DNA of 63,139 nt, counting the filler, from Parachlamydiales bacterium (GTDB lineage: Bacteria; Chlamydiota; Chlamydiia; Chlamydiales; Parachlamydiaceae): the NCBI GenBank assembly GCA_020051075.1. It is 4 parts of 4 records of this genome, joined end to end, with 100 filler letters (N's around TTAATTAATTAA, not from the genome) between each part and the next. Parts side by side here need not be neighbours in the genome. Positions count along the whole stretch, not along the records: positions 28,318 to 53,216 come from JAGVJP010000101.1; 3 more parts are not named here. The stretch is one strand, 5' to 3'. The translations under genes were made by a program, and so were the position numbers. Position 1 is the stretch's first letter, and every line of letters starts with the position of its first letter. Below the pieces are notes generated by a model. That model was not told where the DNA came from. It ran no database searches and saw only the letters and a list, made by a program, of their open reading frames with translations. Of the stretch, positions 28,318 to 38,637 are shown piece after piece.

Positions 28318-28661
28318 ACTTGAAGGATTTTCATCGGCTTATCATTGATTTCTCGAGATTTTGTGAGAATGATGTCGCGATGATTGAGCTCCCAATTGCT
28401 CCGCAGCGAGTTTGTATAGGTATGACCAATGACAAGCTGTTCAGGTCCAGGAATCACTAAATGTGTGGCCGAAATGATATATTCTCCGGTCATCGCACAG
28501 ACGGCCTGGTTGACGAGGCTTGAAGGCATGCATTCAGTCGCCGTCACCTCTTGGGCGCCGCCATATTCTTCAGCTGCCCCCTTCTCAGAACATGAGAGGA
28601 TGAGAAGAAAAAGCAGCCAAACGATTGACCTAAGAGATTTGCTGTACCAGATTTTTGACAT
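28318..28661 (-). CDS. N-terminus of probable RHS/YD-repeat protein (truncated by contig end)
   Basis: Signal/lipobox-like LSC; VCAMTGEY...LVIPGPEQL...HTYTNS...W resembles the pre-RHS DUF6531-like segment. Confidence 0.55.
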
Positions 28662-28782
28662 TGAACACCTATCTTTGCATAAGATTTATCCGGTATACAT
28701 GATGGAATCGTTTTAAGGAAACAGAAAATTTTAACTCGTGCTTAAAGTGGATGGGGAGGAGGAGGAGGAGCATGAGTAGATG

Positions 28783-30462
28783 TCAATGGGTCAAAGAGAG
28801 CTTGGCATAAGCTACTGCGGAATCTATTGAACTGAAAAGGTGGTTTTCTCCGACCTGTTTTGCAATGCTGGATTCCCTGAATAATCCTTGTTTAGATGAA
28901 TCCACATCCGAGATGAGAAAAGATATTCCATTTTTCTGACATTTGAGACTGAATTTTTTGATGGCATTGATCCCGGTTTCATCGATGAGCGGGACCTTAT
29001 TGACGCGGAGGATAAAGACTTTTGGTTTGGTTTCTAAACGGATCAGTGCTTCATCTAACAAATCGGCTACACTGTAAAAAAAGGGGCCGATTATCTGAAA
29101 GATCACTACATCTTGTGCGAGTTCGCTGCTTAGCAAAATTTCTGAATCTGTCGATTCAGAGCTCTCTCGCTCATCTTCGTTAACAATGATTTTGCAGGCT
29201 TCAACGGTGGTCTTGTTTGTCATCCTTTTGAGGAAAATCACGGCAGATAAAAGAACCCCCACCTGTACAGCGACAGCAAGGTCGATCAGGACTGTTAACA
29301 GAAAAGTGATCAACAATACAATAGCATCTCCTTTTTGTCCTTTCAACACCTCAATGAAGTGGGGGAGTTCACTCATATTCCATGCGACGAATATTAATAC
29401 CCCTGACAAGGCTGCCAGTGGAATCTTTCCTGCTAGAGGAGCGAGGAAAAGCATCAATAAAAGAAGGGTGATGGCATGAATGATCCCTGCCATCGGCGTC
29501 TTCGCTCCCATCCTGATATTGGCAGACGTTCTGGCTATTGCTCCAGTGGCTGGTATTCCGCCAAATAAGATAGAGCCGATATTAGCGAATCCTTGAGCGA
29601 CAAGTTCGCAATTTGATCGATGTTTATGCCCTGTCATCCCATCAGCAACGACGGCAGATAGCAGCGATTCGATCGCTCCTAATAAAGCGATGGTAATCGC
29701 ATCAGGAAACACAGCCTTTATTAGATCTAAAGAGATGTGAGGGAGAGATGGGTGGGGGAGTGTTCGAGGGATTTCTCCAAATTTGAGTTCAATCGTCTCT
29801 ATAGGTAGTTTGAAGAGATATGCTGTTAAAGTGGTGAAAATGATCGCAATAATCGCCCCAGGCAGCCTTGGATAAAACCGCCTGAATGAAAAAATCATCG
29901 CAAGTGTTGTGGCAGCGATGAGAAAAGCCCATCCATTGAAAGTGTGTGTAAAGTAGCAGTAAGCTGAACACTTCCCTAAAAACTCCGCGGGAAGATTTTC
30001 TATCTCTAGGCCGAAGAAATCTTTGATTTGTGATGAGAAGATGATGACAGCGATTCCTGTTGTGAATCCAACTGTGACGGGATAGGGAATAAATTTTAGG
30101 AAAGCTCCTAAACGGGCGAGTCCCATTAATATCATCAAGAGCCCTCCGATGAGCGTTGCTACAGCCAGGCCGTCATATCCGTGTTTTTGGATGATGGCAT
30201 AGATGACGACAACAAAAGCGCCTGTGGGGCCTCCTATCTGGACTCGGCTTCCTCCTAACAGTGAGATAAGGAATCCTGCTACAATGGCTGTAAATAAACC
30301 TTGTTCAGGAGCGACTCCCGAAGCGATGGCGAAAGCGAGTGCTAGAGGGAGGGCGATGATTCCTACACTGATGCCGGCAAATAAGTCATCAAGGAAATAT
30401 TGGCGGGTATAGCCTTCTTTAAAGCAGACAAAACTCTTCGGGATAAAGTCTTTGGGGTTCAT
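28783..30462 (-). CDS. SulP/SLC26 anion transporter with STAS domain
   Basis: ALPLALAFAIASG, QIGGPTGAF, IESLLSAVVADGM, ATGAIART, C-terminal STAS. Confidence 0.95.
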   Translation of the reverse strand: MNPKDFIPKSFVCFKEGYTRQYFLDDLFAGISVGIIALPLALAFAIASGVAPEQGLFTAIVAGFLISLLGGSRVQIGGPTGAFVVVIYAIIQKHGYDGLAVATLIGGLLMILMGLARLGAFLKFIPYPVTVGFTTGIAVIIFSSQIKDFFGLEIENLPAEFLGKCSAYCYFTHTFNGWAFLIAATTLAMIFSFRRFYPRLPGAIIAIIFTTLTAYLFKLPIETIELKFGEIPRTLPHPSLPHISLDLIKAVFPDAITIALLGAIESLLSAVVADGMTGHKHRSNCELVAQGFANIGSILFGGIPATGAIARTSANIRMGAKTPMAGIIHAITLLLLMLFLAPLAGKIPLAALSGVLIFVAWNMSELPHFIEVLKGQKGDAIVLLITFLLTVLIDLAVAVQVGVLLSAVIFLKRMTNKTTVEACKIIVNEDERESSESTDSEILLSSELAQDVVIFQIIGPFFYSVADLLDEALIRLETKPKVFILRVNKVPLIDETGINAIKKFSLKCQKNGISFLISDVDSSKQGLFRESSIAKQVGENHLFSSIDSAVAYAKLSLTH

Positions 30463-30702
30463 ATGTCTTCTGATGGAGTAGAGGTTGCATTTCTATCTGG
30501 TAATTCAGGAGTAGATTGGGACCCTGTATGCCAGAAATTGGATTGGGAATAATTAGTATAAGTGTTGTGTTCCACTCCCCATGGCCCCATACTATCCTCT
30601 CTTCCTCGATGTGATCTGGATTCTATGAAGTAATAAAAATATATCCAGCGCATTTATTAATCAATCTAGAATTGACATCTTTATAGAATTTAAGTCCACA
30701 CT

Positions 30703-31078
30703 TACTTGTACCCACATCTTTGGAGTCGGAAAAGGAAAGGGTTGTGCCGCTCTTTTAGGGCTCATCGTTTAGTATCCCAGGCCTGACGGCCTTACCATTA
30801 TCCATTTTTTCAGCGCGAAGCGTTTGGAGTGCGAAAGTCTTCTTTCGCTTTATTCTAGATCAATTTTTTGGACATTCGTGTCTTTTGAATTTCTCTCCCG
30901 CTTCGCGCAGCGATCAGTATCTCCTCATCTCGTGCTATCGCCTAAAACTAACTATAGTTTTTCCACAAGTTCTTACCAATGCTGTTCGTCGATAAAGCGG
31001 AAGAGGACTTCCGCACTCCAAACGCTTCGCGCTGAAACTTCCATTGAGCCCTGAAAGGGGGCGGCACAACACTTTCCT
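30703..31078. repeat. Complete nested family B REPIN-like element
   Basis: Outer arms GGAAAGGGTTGTGCCGC..AGGGCTCA / TGAGCCCT..GCGGCACAACACTTTCC; inner arms TTCAGCGCGAAGCGTTTGGAGTGCG.. / ..CGCACTCCAAACGCTTCGCGCTGAA. Confidence 0.85.
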
Positions 31079-31085
31079 GGTGCGA

Positions 31086-31940
31086 TTAAAACCTCTTCAC
31101 ATACGAGTGACAATAGGGGGTTTTGTTGTTCTTTTCATAGTAATTTTGATGATAAGGTTCTGCAGGATAGAAAGGCTGTGCTGGTAAAATCTCTGTGACC
31201 ACTTTGAATCCATTTTCTTGCAGTTGTTGTGATAGTTTTTTTCCGATTTCAGCTTGTTTAGAGGATAAATAGAAAATAGCTGAACGGTACTGATCGCCGA
31301 TATCAGGTCCTTGTCGATGGTGCTGGGTAGGGTCATGGATTTCAAAAAATAATTGAGCGACTTTTTCATAACTGACTTTATCGGGGTCGAAAATCACTTC
31401 AACACTTTCAGCATGGCCTGTTTTTCCTGTGCAGACTTCCTCGTATGTTGGATTTATTCTGCCCCCTCCCATGTATCCTGAAGTGACTCTAATGACTCCT
31501 GGAAGCTTTTTAAAGTGATATTCCACACCCCAAAAACATCCTCCAGAAAAAAAAGCTCTTTCGTAGCCTTCTGCGGTATAAGCAGGAATGAAGGAGAGAG
31601 AAATTGAATTCACACAATGCCTCAAATTTTTCTTTGTTAGGCTTTCACCTTCAAAGACATGTCCAAGATGGGCACCGCAAGCTTTGCAGAGGATTTCGGT
31701 CCTGTTGCCATCTGCATCTAGTTTTCGTTCGACTGCTCCTTGGAGCTCATCGTCAAAGCTTGGCCAACCGCAATGTGAAGAGAATTTATGCGAAGAGAGA
31801 TAAAGCGGTTTATCGCATCGGCGGCAGACATAAACCCCTGGCTCGTCATGTAAATAGAATCGACCGCTTCCAGGCGGTTCTGTTCCTTTATTTTCGATGA
31901 CATTTTTTTCTGATGGATTCAATGAATGATACTTATTCAT
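31086..31940 (-). CDS. msrAB: Bifunctional methionine sulfoxide reductase MsrB-MsrA
   Basis: CGWPSF, HLGHVF, RHCVNS (MsrB); GGCFWG, GHAE, YHQNYY (MsrA). Confidence 0.95.
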   Translation of the reverse strand: MNKYHSLNPSEKNVIENKGTEPPGSGRFYLHDEPGVYVCRRCDKPLYLSSHKFSSHCGWPSFDDELQGAVERKLDADGNRTEILCKACGAHLGHVFEGESLTKKNLRHCVNSISLSFIPAYTAEGYERAFFSGGCFWGVEYHFKKLPGVIRVTSGYMGGGRINPTYEEVCTGKTGHAESVEVIFDPDKVSYEKVAQLFFEIHDPTQHHRQGPDIGDQYRSAIFYLSSKQAEIGKKLSQQLQENGFKVVTEILPAQPFYPAEPYHQNYYEKNNKTPYCHSYVKRF

Positions 31941-32664
31941 GCTTGATTTGCTCTGATTGTAATTGTTTGGATTGTTTGAAAAATAGCGGGATCACTGACA
32001 GCAGGGCAAGGCCTGCCAATCCCCATCCCAGCTGAGAGTTAAACAATGTGACCAAGCTAAAGGGATCTTGACTCTGTAAGAGAACTTCCAAGCCTTCTCC
32101 GGACTGTGTGAAAAAATAGACGGAAGGTATCATCCCCAAAACTGTTGTCCAGAAAAATGTGAAGAAAGAGACATTGAAAAAGGCGCCTGCAATGTTGACG
32201 ACCCAAAAAGGAAACAGCGGAATAAGCCGAAGGCAAAGGAGATAGTTAGCGGCATGTTTTTTAAACCCATTCTCCATCCTTTTCAAATGTTTTTCCGGAA
32301 TTTTATGGAGCAGGAAGCTCAAAGCCGACCGAGTCATGAAGAAGAGAAGGCAGCTCCCAGAGGTGGAGGCAATGAGGACATATAGCGTGCTATAGGGCTG
32401 AGAAAACAAATATCCTGCTAATAGCGACAAAAGAAAAATTCCGGGGATAGAGAGAAGGGTGCAGAGGATATATACTCCAATGAAAATCAAAGGAGTAGAG
32501 ACGGGATGCTGGTTGTGAAAAAATTGAATTTGCTGGTGAAGTTGGATATAGTCTTTGATGTTCCATTGCTCAGAAAAGGAAAAGATCAATACTGCAGCCA
32601 TAGAGAGGAGGACCAAGACTAGAGGAATGAGTGAATAGATTGACGGTTTTTTTGGCTTGTTCAT
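31933..32664 (-). CDS. TVP38/TMEM64 (VTT/DedA-like) membrane protein
   Basis: [24 protein letters not shown]. Confidence 0.88.
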   Translation of the reverse strand: MNKPKKPSIYSLIPLVLVLLSMAAVLIFSFSEQWNIKDYIQLHQQIQFFHNQHPVSTPLIFIGVYILCTLLSIPGIFLLSLLAGYLFSQPYSTLYVLIASTSGSCLLFFMTRSALSFLLHKIPEKHLKRMENGFKKHAANYLLCLRLIPLFPFWVVNIAGAFFNVSFFTFFWTTVLGMIPSVYFFTQSGEGLEVLLQSQDPFSLVTLFNSQLGWGLAGLALLSVIPLFFKQSKQLQSEQIKHE

Positions 32665-32756
32665 TATCAGGAATATCGTTAGATTAATTTATTCTATATA
32701 TAGTATAGAAACAGCTTACTTATCCAACAATTTTATTAGAAGGGGGAGTATTTTTC

Positions 32757-33992
32757 ATGTGCCCGGCTCATAAACGAACCATTAATCCGAATATTTTCTT
32801 TGCGATTGCGATTGCATTAGGCGTGTTATGCGGCTATCTTCAATATCCTCTGTTCATTGTTGCCGCTGAAGCAATTTCGGAGATGTTTATCAACTTATTA
32901 AAACTCATCAGTTTGCCGATCATCTTTCTCTCCATTGTCTCGACTGTGTCGGGTATGGAGGGGGTGGATCAGGTGAAACGTCTTGCTCAGAAAGTATTAA
33001 AATATACCTTGCTGACGACGGTGTTAGCTGCCACAATAGCGTTGTTCCTCTTTATAGTCATTAACCCCATTGATCAATCGATTCTTTCTAAGCCGATTGA
33101 TGTTCAACCAGTTGTTGAGCAGTCGAGCTATTTATCTTTTTTTATGAAAATCATCCCCTCTAATCTCGTTCAACCATTCAATGAAAATCAAGTGATCAGC
33201 GTTCTTTTTTTGGCGATTCTTTTAAGCTCCGCTGTTATCTCCTTGCCTCAAGCACATCGAACAGTCCTCAATCAGTTCTTTGCAAGCCTTTATGCTGCTG
33301 TGATTGCCATCACTCGATGGATTGTGGCGATCATGCCTATTGCTGTTTGGGCATTTATCACTCTCTTCATGAGGGATTTGGATCAAGGCCTCGATATTGG
33401 AAGCCTTGCCCTTTACCTCGCCTGTGTTGTAGGTGCAAATCTCGTCCAGGCGTTTATTGTGTTGCCTCTATTGTTAAAGTATAAGGGAATATCTCCATTG
33501 AAGATGGTAAAAGGGATGTTTCCAGCTTTGTCTACGGCATTCTTTACAAAATCTTCCGCGGCAGCACTTCCGACTGCAATGCGATGTGCTGAAGAAAATG
33601 TTGGGATTTCCCGCAATGTTGCCAGCTTTTCTTTTCCTCTTTGCACCACGATCAACATGAATGCTTGTGCTGCCTTTATTTTGATTACAGTTCTGTTTGT
33701 CTCGATGAGTAATGGAATGACTTATACTTTCCCTGAAATGTGTTTGTGGATTATCCTTTCAACCATTGCAGCGATCGGCAATGCAGGAGTCCCAATGGGG
33801 TGTTATATGCTCGCGAGCGCTTTCCTTGCGGCAATGGGCATTCCTCTAAAAATCATGACTGTCTTCATTCTCCCTTTATATACATTGATCGACATGCTCG
33901 AGAGCGCGATTAATGTTTGGTCTGATGCATGTGTGACAGCTGTGGTTCAACAAGAGGTCACTGAGGAAACCGCTCAGGAAGTCCCCGCGTGA
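32757..33992 (+). CDS. Dicarboxylate/amino acid:cation symporter (DAACS)
   Basis: TKSSAAALP, PLCTTINMNA, GNAGVPMG, INVWSD. Confidence 0.92.
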   Translation: MCPAHKRTINPNIFFAIAIALGVLCGYLQYPLFIVAAEAISEMFINLLKLISLPIIFLSIVSTVSGMEGVDQVKRLAQKVLKYTLLTTVLAATIALFLFIVINPIDQSILSKPIDVQPVVEQSSYLSFFMKIIPSNLVQPFNENQVISVLFLAILLSSAVISLPQAHRTVLNQFFASLYAAVIAITRWIVAIMPIAVWAFITLFMRDLDQGLDIGSLALYLACVVGANLVQAFIVLPLLLKYKGISPLKMVKGMFPALSTAFFTKSSAAALPTAMRCAEENVGISRNVASFSFPLCTTINMNACAAFILITVLFVSMSNGMTYTFPEMCLWIILSTIAAIGNAGVPMGCYMLASAFLAAMGIPLKIMTVFILPLYTLIDMLESAINVWSDACVTAVVQQEVTEETAQEVPA

Positions 33993-33995
33993 CGA

Positions 33996-34262
33996 ACAAG
34001 ATAGGCAAGAAGGACAGAACATGATAAGCAGGATAGACAAGAAGGGCAAAACAGGATAGGCAGGATCGCTTCGCGGCAGGATAGGTAGGATAAAAATAGA
34101 AGATGATAGTCTTTTTCTTAGAACCTACTTGATCTTAATCCTATTTTTTTATCTTTTTCTATTCTTCCTATCCTCCCTATCCTGTTTTTTTTATCCTGCC
34201 TATCCTGCCGCGAAGCGATCCTGCCTATCCTGTTTTTTGCTCTATCTTGCCTATCCTGTTTT
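33996..34262. repeat. Family A palindromic element
   Basis: ACAGGATAGGCAGGATCGCTTCGCGGCAGGATAGG arm and its reverse complement around an AT-rich spacer. Confidence 0.9.
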
Positions 34263-34336
34263 GGATTTGCGGTTTGATTTTTTTTCCAATCTATTATATG
34301 GTAGTTGCATAATTAAGAGAATAACTCAGGATTTGC

Positions 34337-35353
34337 ATGACCGAGAAAGCAGATTATCATTTTTTTCAAGTCGATCGTCCCGATATCATAAAGAAATTAG
34401 GTCCACAGCCTCTTGTAGATTGTTTGAAAAAGATGTTGTTGATACGTAATTTCGAATTGCGTGCAGAAGCAGCTTATCAGCAGGGGAAGATAGGCGGTTT
34501 CTTTCACGCTTATATTGGTCAAGAAGCTGTACAAACTGCTGTCGTTCAAGCGATGGGGCAAAATAATTGGTTTGCTGCATCTTATCGCTGCCACGCCCTC
34601 GCTTTACTTCTGGGAGCAACGCCCAATGAACTGATGGCTGAACTATATGGCAAGGCGACAGGCAATGCAAAAGGAAGGGGAGGGTCGATGCATTTCTTTA
34701 CCGACCGCCTTCTTGGAGGCTTTGGAATAGTGACGGGTCAGGTTCCAATAGCCACTGGGGCAGCATTCACCCTTAAGTATAAAAACATTAAAGACGAAGT
34801 TTCAGTCTGTTTCCTGGGCGATGGAGCTGTTCCTCAAGGGGCTTTTCACGAGTCTTTGAACCTAGCTTCGTTGTGGGATCTTCCCTGCATTTATGTCATT
34901 GAGAATAACGAATGGGGGATGGGAACTTCTGTCGAGAAAGCAGTTTGTGTTCGACGATTAGCAGAGGATAAAGCCCCAGGGTATAACATGAATGGATATA
35001 CCATTGATGGAATGGATTTTTTTAGCTGTTATGGTGCCTTTGAACATATTTATCAAGAGGTCTTAGCCAGCAGCCGTCCAGTTTTAGTCGAAGTGCTCAC
35101 TCAGCGGTTCAAGGGCCATTCCATTTCTGATCCTGGCCTCTATCGGTCAAAAGAAAAGTTGAAGCAGGTGATGGAACGAGATCCTTTGATCATTATGCAG
35201 AATGCCCTCATCGAAGCAAAGATCATTTCTCCCGATCAAATAAAAATCTGGGATAAAGAAGCGCGTGAAGAAATTTTGACTTCATTAGAATTTGCAGAAA
35301 AAAGCCCTTGGCCCGATCCTTGCACCTTAGAAGAAGATGTTTTAGCTCCCTAG
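34337..35353 (+). CDS. pdhA: Pyruvate dehydrogenase E1 alpha
   Basis: GFFHAYIGQEA, GRGGSMH, GDGA...NN TPP motif, GHSISDP. Confidence 0.96.
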   Translation: MTEKADYHFFQVDRPDIIKKLGPQPLVDCLKKMLLIRNFELRAEAAYQQGKIGGFFHAYIGQEAVQTAVVQAMGQNNWFAASYRCHALALLLGATPNELMAELYGKATGNAKGRGGSMHFFTDRLLGGFGIVTGQVPIATGAAFTLKYKNIKDEVSVCFLGDGAVPQGAFHESLNLASLWDLPCIYVIENNEWGMGTSVEKAVCVRRLAEDKAPGYNMNGYTIDGMDFFSCYGAFEHIYQEVLASSRPVLVEVLTQRFKGHSISDPGLYRSKEKLKQVMERDPLIIMQNALIEAKIISPDQIKIWDKEAREEILTSLEFAEKSPWPDPCTLEEDVLAP

Positions 35354-35366
35354 GAGACCATTGATA

Positions 35367-36353
35367 ATGAATGAAAAAAAACAAGTTATAGAACTCAGAG
35401 AGGCTTTAAGACAAGCCCTTGACGAAGAAATGGAAAGGGACAGCGCTGTCTTCATTATGGGAGAAGAGGTGGGGGAGTATAATGGAGCCTATAAGGTGAC
35501 AAAAGGGATGCTGGACAAATGGGGTCCTAAACGGATTATAGATACACCCATTTCTGAATTAGGCTTTTCCGGATTATGTATTGGGGCTGCTATGACAGGC
35601 CTTCGCCCTGTTGTTGAATTTATGAGCTTCAATTTCTCTTTTGTGGCTGCCGATCAGCTGATCTCTAATGCGATAAAGATGTATTATATGTCGGGGAACC
35701 GCTTTAAAGTCCCCATTGTTTTTAGAGGACCTAATGGGGCTGCAGCGCAGGTTTCAAGTCAACATTCTCATTGCGTCGAAGCCATTTATGGCAATCTTCC
35801 TGGTTGGATCATCCTCGCTCCCAGCAATGCTTATGATGCAAAAGGATTGATGAAATCAGCGATTCGAAGCAATAATCCGGTGTTGTTTTTAGAATCGGAG
35901 CTTTCATACGGCGATAAGATGGAGATTCCTGTCGAGGAATATCTCGTTCCTATCGGGAAAGCAAAAGTGATCGTAGAAGGAAAAGACGTCACTCTTATCT
36001 CCCATAGCCGTATGGTCAATGTTTGTAAAACCGCTGCTGAAGAACTCCTCAAAAAAGGAGTGCGAGCAGAAGTCATCGATTTACGCACAATTAAGCCTTT
36101 AGATATTGCAACCCTAGCAGCTTCGATCAAAAAAACTAATCGAGCAGTTATCGTCGAAGAGGGGCACATTTTTGCCGGTATAGCTTCTGAAATTGGCTTT
36201 CAAATCATGGAATATTGTTTTGATTTCCTTGATGCTCCTCTAGAGAGGGTTTGTCAACTCGAAACTCCTATGCCTTATTCGAAAGTTTTGGAAAAAGCGA
36301 CGCTTCCAAATGTTGAGAGAATCATCGCTGCTGTCTATAAAACGCTCAAATAA
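35367..36353 (+). CDS. pdhB: Pyruvate dehydrogenase E1 beta
   Basis: GEEVGEYNGAYKVT, DTPISE, SQHS. Confidence 0.96.
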   Translation: MNEKKQVIELREALRQALDEEMERDSAVFIMGEEVGEYNGAYKVTKGMLDKWGPKRIIDTPISELGFSGLCIGAAMTGLRPVVEFMSFNFSFVAADQLISNAIKMYYMSGNRFKVPIVFRGPNGAAAQVSSQHSHCVEAIYGNLPGWIILAPSNAYDAKGLMKSAIRSNNPVLFLESELSYGDKMEIPVEEYLVPIGKAKVIVEGKDVTLISHSRMVNVCKTAAEELLKKGVRAEVIDLRTIKPLDIATLAASIKKTNRAVIVEEGHIFAGIASEIGFQIMEYCFDFLDAPLERVCQLETPMPYSKVLEKATLPNVERIIAAVYKTLK

Positions 36354-36372
36354 TCGATGAGGAGAATATAAA

Positions 36373-37686
36373 ATGCCTTTTACATTAAATATGCCAAAAC
36401 TGTCACCGACGATGGAAGAAGGAACGATTGTCAGATGGCATAAAAAAGAAGGGGATTCTGTTCAAGTTGGCGATGTGCTCTTTGAAGTGGCTACCGATAA
36501 AGCGACAGTCGAGCACCAGGCTCTCGATGAGGGATGGTTGAGGCAAATCCTTGCGAAAGAGGGTGGAGAGGTCGTGATTAACCAGCCCGTTGCGATTATG
36601 ACTCTTGAACAAAACGAATCGATTGCAGGATATAATCCTTTAGAGATTTTCCTTAAAGAAAAGGAAGCTGGCCGTCAAGTTATTGCATCGGCGCCGGTGC
36701 CTTCAGAGTCGAAGGCTATAGAAGAAGAGGGGGGAAAGAGAATGGGTGGAGGTTTGCAGCAACCACAATTTTCTCCTGAGCCGCCGCTCACTGACTATGT
36801 TTTTGATTATCCAAGTGCGATACCTAAAAGAATTCAAGCGTCTCCTTTGGCTAAAAAATTGGCTAAAGAGAAGGGCTTAGATCTGACATCGGTGAAGGGG
36901 AGCGGTCCGCATCAGCGGATTGTCAGTCGAGATCTGGAAAAGGCGCAACCGCTGGTGTTGGGAAAATTTCGGAGATGGGAAGCTCCACAAGATGTTCCTG
37001 GTTCTTATTCCTCCATTTCACTCTCGCCGATGCGCAAAACGATCGCACAAAGGCTGCAGGAGTCGAAAACGTTTATTCCGCATTTCTACGTGAAGCAGGT
37101 CATCGATGCTGAGCCATTGATAGAGATGAGAGATCAGTTAAACGCCCATCAAATAAAATTTTCAGTTAACGATTTTATTGTTAGAGCTTGTGCGATGGCA
37201 TTGCGCGAGCATCCTTCAATCAATAGAGGTTTTGACACAGTCAACCAAAAGCTGATACAATTCCACACCATCGATATTGCCATTGCTGTCAGTCTTGAGG
37301 CTGGCTTGATTACCCCTATCTTGAGGCACGCTGACTACAAAAATTTATCTGAGATCTCTACCGAAGTGCGTATGCTTGCCCAAAAAGCGAGAAAGGGTCA
37401 GCTAAAGCCAGAAGAGTATAAAGGAGGATCATTTACAATTTCGAATTTAGGGATGTATGGAATATCTGATTTTCAAGCAATCATTAATCCTCCTCAAGCA
37501 GCGATTGTCGCGGTGAGTGCGATACAAGATGTGCCTGTTGTAAAGAACCATTGTGTTGTTCCTGGAAAGACTTTAACTTTGACGTTGTCGGTGGATCATC
37601 GGGTGATTGATGGGATTGATGCTGCATTATTTCTTCAAACGCTAAAGAAATTATTAGAAAAACCATCTATATTAATTATTTTGTAG
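36373..37686 (+). CDS. pdhC: Pyruvate dehydrogenase E2 dihydrolipoamide acetyltransferase
   Basis: Lipoyl motif ATDKAT, ASPLAKKLA E3-binding, DHRVIDG. Confidence 0.96.
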   Translation: MPFTLNMPKLSPTMEEGTIVRWHKKEGDSVQVGDVLFEVATDKATVEHQALDEGWLRQILAKEGGEVVINQPVAIMTLEQNESIAGYNPLEIFLKEKEAGRQVIASAPVPSESKAIEEEGGKRMGGGLQQPQFSPEPPLTDYVFDYPSAIPKRIQASPLAKKLAKEKGLDLTSVKGSGPHQRIVSRDLEKAQPLVLGKFRRWEAPQDVPGSYSSISLSPMRKTIAQRLQESKTFIPHFYVKQVIDAEPLIEMRDQLNAHQIKFSVNDFIVRACAMALREHPSINRGFDTVNQKLIQFHTIDIAIAVSLEAGLITPILRHADYKNLSEISTEVRMLAQKARKGQLKPEEYKGGSFTISNLGMYGISDFQAIINPPQAAIVAVSAIQDVPVVKNHCVVPGKTLTLTLSVDHRVIDGIDAALFLQTLKKLLEKPSILIIL

Positions 37687-37891
37687 ATTTTTTTTATTAA
37701 AAAGTTTATTCTACATGTGTTGTTTACATTGCTTTAATACAATATTAACATTGTTTGATTAATATTTTGTCATTAAATGAAATGTTTTTCAAATAGGTAA
37801 GCTTGTGAAAATGACGGTGAACGCTCCCGAGAAAACCAAAAGAGCGGCACTGAGAGATTTCGAGAGCTGGACCCCTAATTAGGATGTATTT

Positions 37892-38623
37892 ATGAATAGT
37901 AGTAGTAGAATCTCTAAAAGCCCCTGGTCCTCCGGCACCTGGCCAGCCGACGTCAATCCCCAACGCAAGCCAGTGTCAGAATTGGAAAGACAAGAAGTTG
38001 TTGAGCATCTTTTAAACGTGCTTGGAAATAAAAATGTTACTATCAATGAACTCGTTGATCGAAATATTGTAGATGACTTCGATCTATATGGAGAAAGTAG
38101 AAGTCATTATTTTTCTGCTTCAACTTCTGGCGTCTTCTCATACTTTCAAAAAGACACGTCGGATTTCCTTGATAATGCTCCATTAGGAAAGTCTTCTTCA
38201 AAAGATATTGCCCAACTTTTAAGTCATATCAAGACAGCAGCTAAAAAAATATTTATCGGTGAAGGTAATTATCGAGCGGAAAAACTAAAGTTAGACACTG
38301 CATCATTGGCTAATTCACGTTATCTAGCGCCATTTATGCTTGATCCGTTAATACATCCATTGAACATTGCGCAAAAACTCATTCAAACAAGAACAACTTA
38401 TTTTCATTCGAGTTTTTCAGCCCGCATGTTTTTAGTTATCACTGCCTGCATGGCTGCGACTGGTAAAGCATTGCATCGACCGATTCTCATGAAGAGCAGC
38501 ATTGCGTTAATGACTGTAACGTCTCTATTTATGATTGCTCTTTATTATCGTTTCTCTATGAAAGAAGAAAGTGAAGTATTTAATTTGAGATGGGATCTGG
38601 AAAGAGCTGTTAGGCTAAGGTAA
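37892..38623 (+). CDS. Hypothetical protein with C-terminal paired hydrophobic helices
   Basis: 243-aa ORF, Ser-rich N-terminus, bilobed hydrophobic C-terminus. Confidence 0.65.
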   Translation: MNSSSRISKSPWSSGTWPADVNPQRKPVSELERQEVVEHLLNVLGNKNVTINELVDRNIVDDFDLYGESRSHYFSASTSGVFSYFQKDTSDFLDNAPLGKSSSKDIAQLLSHIKTAAKKIFIGEGNYRAEKLKLDTASLANSRYLAPFMLDPLIHPLNIAQKLIQTRTTYFHSSFSARMFLVITACMAATGKALHRPILMKSSIALMTVTSLFMIALYYRFSMKEESEVFNLRWDLERAVRLR

Positions 38624-38637
38624 ATAAACGTAACCGT

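Noticed and set aside
30459..30653. Small ORF overlapping the sulP start (ATGA)
   Set aside because: Coupling is suggestive, but there is no recognisable motif; cannot be supported without homologues.
33996..34449. ORFs over repeats (34129-34449, 44096-44293, 48144-48392, 48191-48424, 39691-39949, 27880-28269, 30824-31054, 18719-18983, 10079-10282, 62758-62940) and the N-terminal 56 aa of the 751-aa kinase ORF
   Set aside because: They are translations of the palindromic repeat families, with low complexity and no protein motifs.
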